Below, piece after piece: positions 1 through 11,893 of a stretch of DNA of 64,000 nt. The position numbers and the translations under genes were made by a program. The DNA is from Hyaloraphidium curvatum SAG 235-1 (taxonomy: Eukaryota; Fungi; Monoblepharomycota), in the NCBI GenBank assembly GCA_025558095.1, contig JAIVFI010000011.1, positions 434,001 to 498,000 on the forward strand, written 5' to 3'. The stretch's first letter is position 1. Each line of letters starts with the position of its first letter. The notes below the pieces were generated by a model. It saw nothing but the letters and a program-made list of their open reading frames with translations, was not told the origin of the DNA and did no database searches.

Positions 1-120
1 GTACAATACACCTCAAATCTGAACCGAAGACTCAATCTCGGGTATCGCGATAAGTGCCGACGAATCAGCCGGCTCCATGTCCATCCTCTGTCCCTCGGAA
101 CGTCCATGAAGGAAGGCAAC

Positions 121-1358
121 TCAAGACGACGGTTGGCTTCCCGCCTCCACGCTGTTTCTGACAGGGGCGTCGTGGGAATGGCTGTGTCCATTTGCACCGT
201 CATGGTCGTGGTCCAACTCGCGCGCCTTGCCGGCCGCCATCGTTTGAGGCGAGGGATTCTCGCGTGTCGGTGATCCCTGCGACGGCACAGCGGCGCCAGA
301 ATCGTGAGAGTGGTCCCCATGTGAATGTCCGCCGTGGTCGTGACCCCCGTGCAGATGCTCCGCGTGCGCGTGATCCCCGTGCGAATGATCCGCGTGGGTG
401 TGATCCCCATGATCCGCATATGCGTGATCCCCGTGGCTGTGATCTCCGTGCAGATGATCGGCGTGCGTGTGCTCGCCGTGGCTGTGATCCCCGTGCGAAT
501 GATCCGCATGTGCGAGATCTGGTCGCACGGTGGCGGGGAGGTCTATCGGTGGAGGCACCGCTGGAAGGTTCATGTACGAATCGGAGGCTTTTGGAGGGTC
601 GGAGTAGTGCCGCTGGGGCGGAATCTGGTGTAGCAATCCGAATCTGCGTGACTTTTGGGTTAGGAAACGGCCAGACCGATGGAAGCGGAACAGCCCACCC
701 CAACGAACAGCCAAGGGCGCCTTCGCCTCCCCACGAGCGCGTCGGAAAGATGACGACCTGGAGACAAGCACGAACACGGCGCCAGGGACGGCGTCAATTG
801 TCTCGGCGAGTCAGAACAGCCAAATGAGTTCACCTCGCGGCAGGTCTCGGTATCCTTGGCATAAACGGCAAGGTGGACGGCCGAGCGATCCACGTTCTCC
901 TCGATGAGATCAAAGAGGTCCTCCTTGTCGCGCAGCACGCCCTGGCGCGACCCAATGATGTAGTCCTCCTCGGCCCGCAGGCCGGCCATGTCCGCCGGGC
1001 TCCCGGGCACCACGTCGATCACGTGCCAGCTCTTGAGGGCATCCACGTAGTTGCATGCGCGCACCGAGATGCCGAGAAGCCCCTCGTCCGAGCCCCACGT
1101 GACGGAGGGCACGACGTGCACGGCGCGGAAGTCGCGGTTCACGGCCGAGTACACCTCGAGCACCACCTCGGTCCCTATCGACGACGCGAGCACCGTGGCC
1201 AGCGCGTTGACGTCCGCACCCAGCATGGCGCCGTTGACGCCGACCACGTAGTCCATAATTGGGGTGATTCCCGCGGCGGCCGCCGGCGAGTTGGGCAGCA
1301 CGCGGACGACGTGCAGCGCCTCGCCGGCGGCGACCGGGCGCGACTGCTCGGACCCCAT
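121..1358 (-). CDS. GRH1: GRASP55/65 (Grh1) Golgi reassembly-stacking protein with His-rich C-terminal tail; at least 2 introns
   Basis: Starts MGSEQS (myristoylation-type Gly2). Two PDZ-like GRASP units: LHVVRVLPNSPAAAAG...WGSDEGLLGISVR and WHVIDVVPGSPADMAGL. Spliced ...WGGEGALGCSLG|FGLLHQIP. Stop at 121. Confidence 0.9.
302..513 (-). repeat. Coding 15-bp tandem repeat encoding (H-G/A-D/E-H-x)n
   Basis: Repeated gtgatccccgtg-type units on the + strand; translation HADHSHGDHSHGEHTHADHLHGDHSHGDH... Confidence 0.9.
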
Positions 1359-1523
1359 GCGCTGCGACGCGGGAGAGCGCACCCAGGCGGGATTGCGCGG
1401 GGCCTTTGGGAGGGGCGGGCGTGATGGAACAACCCCTTTTCCCACCCCCTAGGGTTGTCACCGCGCGCATTCTGGTAGCCCGATCGACGACTGAAGCGGT
1501 CTCGGACCTCGCAGCGAGCCAGG

Positions 1524-3213
1524 ATGGCGAGTGTCTGCTGTTTCGGGCCGCGTTGCTGCTGTTTCTCATCGTCGCGCTCCCCTCCTCACGCTTTTGCCCT
1601 GCTTCTCGCCCTGGACGCTGTGGAACGCGACGCCGCTCTGTTGGTGCCCTTCTCCGACCCGGTCTCCCACCCCGAATCGCGGCCATTCGTCTCCGTTTCT
1701 GCCTTTGGGATTGCTTCATGCTTTGCCTGTGCCGTGCTGTCTGTTGCCCGGACACTGGAATGCACGCTGTCGTCGATTTGTCTCGGCACCAACTCTCCGA
1801 CTTTGAACTGGCCTGCGGACGCTGCTTCTCGCGATTCCCCAACGTCCCCGCCTGGATTGCATCGCTCATCTTATTGCCTCCTGGCTGCCACGCTCGCTGG
1901 ACTGCCGTGGACGTGCCCGGATCCCGAACAGCCGTTCATCAAGCAGCAGAAGAACAAGGCCTACTTCAAGCGGTACCAGGTCAAGTACCGCCGCCGGCGA
2001 GGTGAATATCGACGCTGTGTTTGGGTTTCTATGGCGGGCTTGGCATGCCCCGGCTGCCGATGGCACGACTCCGCCCGTGTGGGCACGACGCTCCGGTCGA
2101 CGATGATTTCATAGTTCACCCGAACGACGTGATGAAGAGAAACTTTGTCTTTCGCTCCTATCTGAGACCGGGAGCGAGGCGGGTGGACGAATGGCGGCGC
2201 CGCTGGGGCAGCGGGTCGCCGGGGCCGACGGGCTGGCTTTATTGGAACCGTGTCTCACCATGCTTCTGCCGTCAGAGGGCAAGACCGACTACTACGCCCG
2301 CAAGCGGCTCGTGACCCAGGCCAAGAACAAGTACAACAGCCCCAAGTACCGTTTCGTGGTCCGCATCACGAACCACGACATCATCGTCCAGGTCATCTAC
2401 GCCAAGCTGCAGGGCGATGTCGTGCTCACCGCTGCCTACTCGCACGAGCTCCCCCGCTACGGCGTGAAGGTCGGCCTGACCAACTGGGCCGCTGGTGCGT
2501 TTTGCTGTCGTCCGGGTATTGGGCTCGTTCTGACTCGATATCTGCAGCGTACTGCACCGGTCTCCTTGCCGCCCGCCGTGTCCTCACCCAGCTCGGTCTG
2601 GCGGACAAGTACGAGGGCGTTACGGATGCGAATGGCGAGGCCTTCCAGGTCGAGGCCATCGACGACGGTCCGCGCCCCTTCAAGGCCTTCCTTGACGTCG
2701 GTCTGCGCCGCACCACCACCGGCAACCGCGTCTTTGGTGCCCTGAAGGGCGCCGTCGACGGCGGCGTTTTCATCCCGCACGGCCAGAACCGTTTCCCCGG
2801 CTTCGACCGCGAAAAGAAGGAGGTCGACACCGAGGTGCTCCGCAAGTACATCTTTGGCGGCCACGTCAAGGAGTACATGGAGTTTTTGGAGGATGACGAC
2901 GAGGAGCAGTACAAGAAGCACTTCTCCAAGTTCATTGAGGAGGAGATTACCGCCGACGACCTCGAGGAGATGTACAAGGAGGCGCACGGCAAGATCCGCG
3001 AGAACCCGCTGCCGGAGAAGAAGGAGCGCGAGCCTTTGACCGACGAGGCCAAGGCCAAGCTCAAGAAGTTCCGGCAACAGAGGCTCAACCTCAAGCAGAG
3101 GCGGGACCGCGTCAAGCAGAAGAAGGTTCGTGCCTCGAACCAAATGCAGGTCGCAGTGTCTGATTCTATTGCTTCATCAGGAGGCAATTCTGCGCAAGAT
3201 CAACGCCGAGTAA
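1524..3213 (+). CDS. RPL5: 60S ribosomal protein L5 (uL18); exons about 1524-1526, 1932-2001, 2276-2494, 2548-3125, 3181-3213
   Basis: [36 protein letters not shown]...SHELPRYG...[14 protein letters not shown]...[18 protein letters not shown]. The ATG-only first exon is inferred. Confidence 0.97.
2091..2174 (+). ncRNA. Box C/D snoRNA snR60/SNORD80-like (dual guide for LSU rRNA 2'-O-methylation) in RPL5 intron 2
   Basis: Terminal stem CTCCGGTC/GACCGGGAG, C-box-like ACGATGA, D' CCGA, C' GTGATGA, D CTGA (2162-2165). Guides CATAGTTCACC and GTCTTTCGCTCCTAT are complementary to the conserved LSU rRNA segments GGTGAACTATG and ATAGGGGCGAAAGAC. Confidence 0.9.
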
Positions 3214-3308
3214 TTCTTGTACAATATCGTGGCACCTGGCCGGGAATACAGGAATCTCGAGGATATCGATGCCGCAGTCCGGCTTCCGTTCCATCCGCCC
3301 CATCCAAC

Positions 3309-6300
3309 CTACGCCGTGATCGCCGCCGACGGGAGCTTGATCTTCGCAATCCCCAACAGCGAAAGGCCGCTGAAGAGATCCCTCAAGTTCACGTAGTTCC
3401 GGTCGTTTTTGGAGAGGTATGCCATGACCTCCCTCTTCAGCTCCGCCAGCGGCTCCTTGAACCGGGCGGCAACGGCGAGCTGGTTCTCTGATGAAAAATG
3501 CGTCAGAAACAGTTGAGCCCGGCAAATGCTGTGAGGCAACGCACCGCGATCGTCCTTGCCCTCGAGCTTCGCCGCCAAACGATCCACGTCCACCAGGCTG
3601 GCGTAATAGGACAGCTGCGTGAAGAGCTTGGTATCGGAGTACTCGAGCTTCATGACGCCCTTGCATCCGCGAACCAAGCACCGCTTTCCGTAGACCGACA
3701 CCTGCCGCGTGCGGTTGCCGCAAGAAAGGTCGTCGCAGACCAGCCAGCTCTGCTGGTAGCGCTCCACATGCGACCGACAGGCTGCGTTGAGTTGGGCCTG
3801 CAGCGACGGAAGAGGCATCCGCTGCTTGCATTCCGGATTCGGGCAGAAAATGCCGCACTGGGGGAGGTCGCCAGGCTGTTGCGCGGGGTCAGGTAACAAC
3901 ACCGGCAAGACAAGGCAAGCCCCTTTACCTGATGCCGCAACAGCTCGAACTCGCTGTGCTGGTTGCAGTGTCGGCACCGGGGGTTCCACCGATCGACGTC
4001 CCGGAAGCGCTCCTCGTCGGAAATCTGCGAGTCCAGCGTCTTGACCTCGTCGGTGTCGAACTCCTGCATGGCCACGGATGCGCGGTACTTGGTCGAATCC
4101 AGGCCGAGGCAATCGGCGATCCGACCCGAGTCCGTGCCCTCGATGGGGTCACAGAGACGCTGAACAGGTCCAACGATCTGGTTCTGCAGGTACCACTCGT
4201 AGTCTGATGGGCATGCGATCAGTGCCCGATCGTCTGCATCTGGCGGCCTCTCACTCACCGATGACAAGTCCGGAGCCTTCCTTCATGACCTCGTCCGGGT
4301 GGAATGCCCTGTTGGCGATCGACTGGTCCCGGGCATCCCCGGGTGCGACGCAGATCACGTAAGGAATGGTGTCGCCGACCCTCGCGCTCTGGCCGCGCGC
4401 CTCCATCCGGATGGCCACCTGCACGTGCGGCTGCACCTTGGCGTCGTTGTACTCCTTGACATTCTTGGTCAACGACTTGTTGATGACCATCTTCTCGATC
4501 GGGATCAGGCCTGCGCGGGTCTCCTCGCCGACCTTGCGCAGGTAGGTGTGGATCTTTTCTACGATCTCCTCCTTGCCGGCTTCGTCACCGGAGAGGATCT
4601 GGTCGAGCACAAAGCTGCGAAATAGAGATGAGCTGGTAGGCAGCATGCACGCCAGATGACCTTACGCCGAGACGTCCTGCGACAGCCCGCACCAGTCGCG
4701 GCGCACCATGTCGAGACCCTTGCTCTCCACCGCAGTCTCGAGCGTCCCGCTGTTCTCCGTCACCACCAGAGCTGCGTACTTCTTCTTCTTGAGGAGCAGC
4801 ATGCGCCGGTAGAAGCCGTCGACCTCGATCTCGAGGAGCTTGTACCGCTGGTTGACGATCTTCTTGAACTCGTTGCCCATCTTCTTGACCTCGCCCAGGT
4901 CGTCCGTGTTGGTGTAGATCATGATCGAGTCTGTGTCGCCGTAGATGACCTCGAGCTTGGCAGTCTCGGCGAGGTCCACGGTGGACTGCAGGATCTCGCG
5001 ACCCTTGGCCGTCGTCAACATGGCCAGGGGCTTGCAGTAGAACCGCGAGTTGGAGAAGCCGAGGCAGCCGTACATCGAGTTGGCCGTGAGCTTGAGCGCC
5101 TTCTGGCGGATCTCGTACTGCCCGGCCTCGGCAGGGGTAATGTCCTTGGCCTTCATCAGGTTCTTGACCTGCCGGCGCCGCTCGACCAGGGTCTTGAGCA
5201 GCTTGGGCAGCACACCCTGTGGCAGCGACTGGTCGGGGATGTCGGGCAGCTGGTCGTCCGCGTCGGGCTCGCTGCTCCGCTGCACGGTGGTGAAGTCGAG
5301 GTTGAACTCCTGGATGATGGAGGGGTACAGCGAGTTGAAGTCGAGGAGGAGGACGTATTTGTCGTAGAGGCCCTTCTTGGGCTCCAGCACAAGACCGCCC
5401 GAGTAGGCCGGCTTGCGGCGCCCAGTGGTGCCCGATCGGCGCGCATCCGCCTGGGGCTCGTCGTCGTCGTCGTCGTCCCCCTTGATGGCGACGGCCTTCT
5501 TGGCCATCTGGCCCTTGTCGGGGAGGATGAAGCCGAGCTTGTGGAACTCGTGGAGGAGCAGCATCTCGTTGCGCTCGGCACGGCCGCCGATCAGCGTGCG
5601 GGACCAGAGATTCCCGGCCAGGTTGGTAATCTGCTTGGAGAGCGGGAGCACCTGGATCTTGAACATGATCATGGCCGCGAGGTATGCATCCGTTTCGGTG
5701 TGCTTGACGAGCGTGAGCAGGTCGCCGGCGCGGTGGTAGTACTGCGGGACCGTGTCCGGGTCGACCGTCTCCCGCGACGTCTTGAGCAGCATCAGCGCGA
5801 GGTTGCTCAGGCTGTACGACTTGGCGCGGATGTGCTCCTTGGCGGTGAGCCAGGTGTCGCACATGAGGCGGCCCGAGGCGATCTGCTTCTCGGCGAACGT
5901 GGATTCGGACCCGCCGCCGGCGCCGGCCTGGAGCTTGGGCCATTGCGAGCGCCGAAGCCGGCCGATGCGGCTCCAGTTCTCGACCTTGTGCGCCTTCATG
6001 CGGTGCAGAAGAACGTCCAGGTCGAAGCCGATGAAGTTGTGCCCGACGATCACGTCGGGGTCGTGACGGTAGATTTGCGCTGGAGAAAAATCAACGTCAG
6101 TCGATCGCCGTCCTTGCACGCATTCCGCGCGCGTTCCCACCGATGAGGTAGTTGAGCAGCGCGCGCTCGCTCCCGCACACCTCGATCTTCTGGCTCTGCT
6201 GCCCCGCCAGCTCCGCGAACCCCATTGGCATCGGCATCGCATCCAGCTTGCGCACGACCGTGAACCTGACGTGCTCCGTCTTGGCGTCCGCGCGCGGATC

Positions 6301-8289
6301 GTCGATGTCCAGGTTCGGGTAGATGACGGCCGACGCCATGACGACCTCGTTTGCATGCTGCTTGTGGTTCATGAAGGTCTTCATGCTCAGGCACATGACG
6401 CTCAGCGGGGGCGCGGGCACTTTGTTCTGGTCCTTGTCGTCGGGGATGAGCTGCTTCGGGTTGGCGACCGAGACCTCGAGCTTGCACCACGACATGGGCC
6501 GGTTCTCGAACACGGGGTTCTTGACGGTGATCCACGACGGGCCCCAGATCTCGCGCTCCAGGATGAGCAGCTCGAGGGCCGTGGTGCGAGTGCCGAAGAT
6601 GCGACCGAAGGTGCGGCCCGAGGTGTTCTCCTCGAGCTCCGGCTCCGTGAACGAGTACGAGACCTCGAGGTAGTCGCTCTGCGCGGGCACGCCGGCGATC
6701 TCGAAAGCGTACTTCTTCTCGATCGGCTTGGACCTCCACGACTTGATGTTCTTCTTGCGCCGCAGGGCGTCGAACTCGTCGTAGACGTCCTTGATCTCGA
6801 TCTCGACGTCCGTCTCTGCGCCGCTGGCATCCAGCTTCACCGCCCGGGGGAGCACGAAAAGCTTGCGGCTGATGCCGTTGACGGTCACGCAGCACGAGAT
6901 GTGCCGGCCGGAGGCGCGGTCGAGGACCTTGCCAAAGAGGTATACGACGCCCTTATCGCGCACCTCGTACGCATCCAGGAAGAAGATGCGGAGGGAACCG
7001 TCAGGCTCGAGCACGTTCTCGGCCACGGCAGGGGCAGCCGGGCCCGCGGCGTCGGCGGTCGACGTCTCGCCCGCCGCCATCTCGTCCCGGATCGAGTGCC
7101 AGTTGGCGGCGCCGGCGGTGAGAGGCGCCTGCACCACCGACGCCGTTGCCGGGGCGGCGGGGGCGGCAAAGGTGGGGAGGAAGGCCGATGCGGACTTGGT
7201 GGTGCCCGCGCGGGCGGTCTGCACCTGGCGGACCTTGACCTCGGCGGTGGCGGTCGGGTCCTCGGCGCCGTCGGCCATGGGTTCGTCGCCGTCAGCCGCG
7301 GCCTCGGGGTCGCCGGGGGCGGGGTCGGCCGGGGCAGGATGGTCGTCGAAACCGGGGTCGAAGCCGGCGTCGTCGAAGTGCATGTTGGCCTCGTGCTGCG
7401 GTGACAAGCGCGTGAGGGCCTGCAAAGCGAGAACAGCCATGCGACGCACCTCCTTGTCCTTGCCCGACGTCAGCTCCGCGACGATGCCCGTGGCCACGTT
7501 GCTGACCGCCGTCCTCGTGTCGGCCGACTTGCCAAACAGCGCAATCTGCTCGAGACGCTTGACGTCCATCTTGGCCGCCGGCTTGGGCGCCGGGGGCGCC
7601 TCGCGGGACAGCAACGGCTTGGGTCTGCTCGCGTACGAATAGGACGGGTGGTCCGTCTTGGCCTTTTCCACCGGCACCGCGTCGAGGTCGGCAAAGATGT
7701 CGGCCATCAGGTTCTCGTCGTCCTTGGTGGTCGGGGCGGCCTTGGGCGCGGACGGGCGCGAGGGCGCCTTCTTGGCCTGGTTCTTGAAGAGGGCGTCGAG
7801 CTGGTGCTCGGGCTTGACCCTTTTGGAGGACTTGTCCTTCTTGTTCTTCTTGCGCTTGCCTGGCCGACCGCGGAAAGGGAGGCGGGTCAATGCGGTGCTC
7901 GCAGCCCGCAAGCCAGCAGGTGCCCACCGCCGCCCGCATCCTCCTCTTCCGAGTCCGACTCCGAGCCGTACTTGTGCGGCCGGTCCCACTCGTCCTCCCC
8001 GTTGTCGACGTAGCCCTTCCCGTCGTCGTCCACCACAAAGTCGTCCTCCTGCAGCCGCCTCCTCTGGATGGAGTCGAACTCATCCTGCGTCACCTCGTCG
8101 TAGATCCTGTCGTCGTCGGACTGGAGGCGCGTCAGGGGCGCGTGGAGCGTGGGGGCGGCCCGGGCCCACGCTGTCGCCCTCGTCCAGCAGCGACGTGCCC
8201 TCCTGCTTGCGCTTCTTGAGGTTCTTGAGCGCGCTCGACCGCGATTCCTTGCCCCGGTTCGCGCCGGTGCGCTTCTGGCGCTCGGACAT
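3309..8289 (-). CDS. POL1: DNA polymerase alpha catalytic subunit (family B), multi-exon
   Basis: N-terminal IYDEV...DDFVVDDDGKGYVDNGEDEW; LLDFNSLYPSIIQEFN, KLTANSMYGCLG, YGDTDS; C-terminal Cys zinc fingers CRHC...CPNPEC and CDDLSC...CLVRGC. Confidence 0.97.
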
Positions 8290-8591
8290 TGCGGGGAGCG
8301 GTCCGCGAGAGGGAGCTGGGACCTGGGGCCCCGAGGGGATTGGCTGCCCGACGGCTCGTTCTGCGGCCCGGCCCCGCGGGGATTCGGCAGCAGCGGAGCA
8401 CGAAAGACCTGTGCGGCCCCCTGAAGCGCGTCCGGGGCTGCAGGCGCGCCGAAAGTGCGGGAGGTTGGCGGTTGAGGTTTTTTTGGGTTGTCTAGCCGTC
8501 TTTTTTCCGGTATCAACTCAGTGAGCAACTGACCTGCCTCGGTCTGTTCGCCCCCCGAATTCTGCATTGCCGTTCCCGGCGTCCACCCGGC

Positions 8592-11500
8592 ATGGCGTCG
8601 CGCGGGGCGGGCGAGCTGCTCGGCGGGCTCGAGTTCGGCACGCCCGTGCCGCCCACGCCGTCGCGCCGCGCGCCGCGCGTGTCGCCCGACCGCGGCACGG
8701 ACTTCTACGCGGACGGCGACGCGGGCGCGTTCTCGCCGCTCGGGTCCGCCTCGCTCGCCGACTCGCCGTCGTCCGCGTCGGCCGACGGCGCCGACCTCAC
8801 CGCCGACGTGTCGGACTACGTGCGCTTCCTGCTCAGCGGCACCGGCGCAGAGCGCTCAGTCGACTTTGCCGCGCTGCGCAAGGAGCTCGAGGGCACAACA
8901 GGCGGCCAGCTGCCGAAGGCCGCGGCAAAGCCGGCCCCCGCAGAGGCCCGCTCGCCGCCGCACGGGCCGGACGACTCGTTCGCCGACTTTGTGCCGCGCG
9001 CCTCGGCCTCGTCGCGCCGCTCGGACAATAATGCGGCAACCATGCCGGCCGCCATGCAAACTGCCTCTTCGCGAGACCGGCTGTCGTCGGAGCGCGGAGC
9101 CTCGGTGGAACGCAGGGCCTCGGTCGAGCGCCGGCCAGCGGGCGACCGCCTGCACCCTGCGGACCGCCTCTCGGCCGGGCGCCGCCAGCCCTCCCTCGAG
9201 CGGCCACTCTCGGCAGATCGTCGAAACGCAGCGCCCCAGTCCGACGCCGCACGTGCGCTGGAGGAGGAGCTGCAGCGCTGGCGCGATGAAAAGCGCCGCT
9301 GGCAGGCAGACATCCAGCGGCGCCGGCAGTCGCTCGACGAGATCCACCGCATGGTGCACGACGAGGAGACCTTTGCCGGCGGCATGACGCAGATGCTGGA
9401 GGGGATCGCGGACCTCGTCAATATCCGCGGCAGGACCGCCATCCGCGAGGAAGAGGAGGAGGTGCAGGAGGACCGCCGGCCAGCCGAGCAGCGCGACACC
9501 GCCGCCAACAGGCCCGCCTCGCGCCCCGCCTCGGCCCACCCGAGCCCTAAGCCTGCGGCTTCCGCACCCGCACCCAAGACGCCGAGGAACCCGTCCCTGG
9601 CCAGGGTCAGCGAGGTTGCCGCAGCGTCGTCCAAGAGCACTCCGTACGGCAGCAGGGCCCCCGCAGTCGATTCGGTGCGTCCTTCGTGCGCCATCTCCGA
9701 TCGTGCATTAAAACTCCCACCCTTCAAGCCCTCCACGACAGGCTACCTCCCCGTGCTCAACGAGCTCTCGGACCGCCTCCTCCAGCACGGTTTCCCCGCC
9801 CTCCCCGCCCCGCCCCTGAACCTCACCCCTCGCCAGGCCGCCCAGCTCGCACAGTGCGCCAACGCCGTGCTGGACGACTGGCTCGGCCGCGGCGAGGTGA
9901 TCCAGCGGCTGCTGCGCCGCGCGGACGAGCTCGAGAACGGCAGGGCGGCGGTGGAGCTCGAGGTCGACGAGGCGCGCAAGATGATGGAGGTGGCCGAGGG
10001 GATGGTGGAGGGGATGAGGAGGGAGAGGGAACAGGCGAGGAGGGAGGTGGAGGAAAGGGTGGAGGAGGCGAGGGTGGACTTCGAGGTGCGCATCCGCGCT
10101 CGATCGTCGTGCGGGATTCTGACCTCGCCGATAGTCCCAGCGCGGGGAGCTCGATGCTCGCAACAAGGACCTCGAAGCCGACAATGCCCGGCTGCACGCG
10201 CTCGTGTCGCAGCTCCGCGACAGGTGCGCCTCGCTCGACGGCGCCGCGGACGACCGCGCCCGCACCCTCGACGAAGCCCGCCGCATCAACGGCGAGCTCG
10301 CGGCCCGCGCGGAGCGGGCCGAATCTGACCGGCACGAGGCCGCCGCCGCACTCGAGGCTTCCCGGAGGGAGGCGGCACGGCTGGAAGCGGAGCTGGCGAT
10401 CGCCCGCCGCGAGCTCGAGGCCGAGAAGCGCGCGGCGGCCGCTGCCGCGCAGGAGGCGGCCGCCCGCGAAGCCGCGGCCCGGGAAGCCGGCGCCGCCGAG
10501 GCCAAGGCCCGGGCGGTGCAGTCGCCGCGGCCTGCCGCCCAATCCAGGGAGGTGCAGGGGCTGCACGAGGAGCTGGAGGCGCTCAGGGAGGAGCTGGAGG
10601 TGCGCCGCGCCGCGGATGCGGCGAGGCGGGCGTCCGACGGGCCGGCGGAGCGCGAGGAACGGAGGGCCTGGTCGCGGGCCGAGTCGCGCTCGGCGGAGCC
10701 GCCCGCGAGATGGGAAGAGGAGATCGACGTGGGTTCCACTGTGGCCGGCCACCGATTGGATGCTGACTCCGAGGACCGCAGCAACTCCGCCGTATGCTAA
10801 ACAGGGCCGAGAAGGAGCTCGAGAGCCAGCGCGAGCAGACCGAGTTGCTCAAGCTGCAGGTCCTCGCGACCAAGCGCGCCGAATGGGTGTCCCGCGCGCA
10901 GCCCGAAACGCGGGTCGCTCCCCAGAGCTGTGAGTTTTGCGCACCCGGTTGTCCATGGAGCGCATTTTTGACCTCGCGTGCGCAGCGGCCCGGCCCAAGA
11001 CCCGAGATCTGATCCGGAGGGACAAGATGGCGTACAAGCTCAAGCTGTTCAAAATTGATCTCCTGGAGACGGAAGAGTGCCAGGAGATCCTCAAGGACGT
11101 GTGCCTCAAACTGGACGTCGACGACGTCTCCAAAATCCTTCCGACGCTCAACGAGGTCGAGGCGGCGCTCAAGCTCCTCCCGCAGATCCAGGCCTTTGTC
11201 GGGCACGTCGATTCGCTCGTGTGGGACGAAGGCCGCGGCACCGCGGCGAAGTTCTCGGAATTGGGGCGTCTCGGTGCGCCCCTGCCGGCCCGGAAACTGG
11301 CCGACACGCTGGCGGCGCTGGCGGATTGGTCCGAGCTCGTGCGCGAGGCCAAGCAGCTGCGGAGCTTCAGGGCCGACGTGCACGAGATCGCCGGGCTTCC
11401 CGAGTCGTCCAAGAGCGACAGGCTGTGCATCGAGGAGCTGCGGCAGCACCGGGCTGCTGCCGACCGCAAGGGACGAGCGCCGGAGCGGATCGACGTGGGT

Positions 11501-11809
11501 CCAAATGTCTCTGCGAGTGCAATCGCCCCTGACCGCGCGTCCCAGCCTGTCGACCAGGGCTTCGCGCGCATGATCAAGCACTTCAGGAACCTGTTCGACA
11601 TACCGAGCCTTGACGCCGTCATCCCGCGCATCAACCAGCTTTACGTCTTTGAGGCCGAGGTCGAGAGCGGCCTGCGGCGGCTGCGGTCCATGCTGCGCCT
11701 CCAGACCAAGAAACCCAGCGAGATCCTCGCCGAATCCATCCGCTTCGTCTCGCAGCGGCTGACGGACGCGCCGAGGTCGCGGCATCGCAGCCAAGAGTAC
11801 TCGTACTAG
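8592..11809 (+). CDS. Coiled-coil centrosomal protein, CEP70-like
   Basis: Long coiled coils and an LLQHGFPAL segment; C-terminal MIKHFRNLFDIPSLDAVIPRINQLY resembles the conserved CEP70 C-terminal motif. Exon boundaries are approximate. Confidence 0.7.
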
Positions 11810-11893
11810 TGCGCGCAGGCCCCTCTCTTGTCTAGTGCATATGAAGGTGTGCGAGAGTAATGTAATTGAATTGGATACAGATTTGAGACTGCA

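Noticed and set aside
302-513. Regularly spaced repeats resembling a CRISPR-like array
   Set aside because: 15-bp in-frame coding repeat with no unique spacers, in a eukaryotic context.
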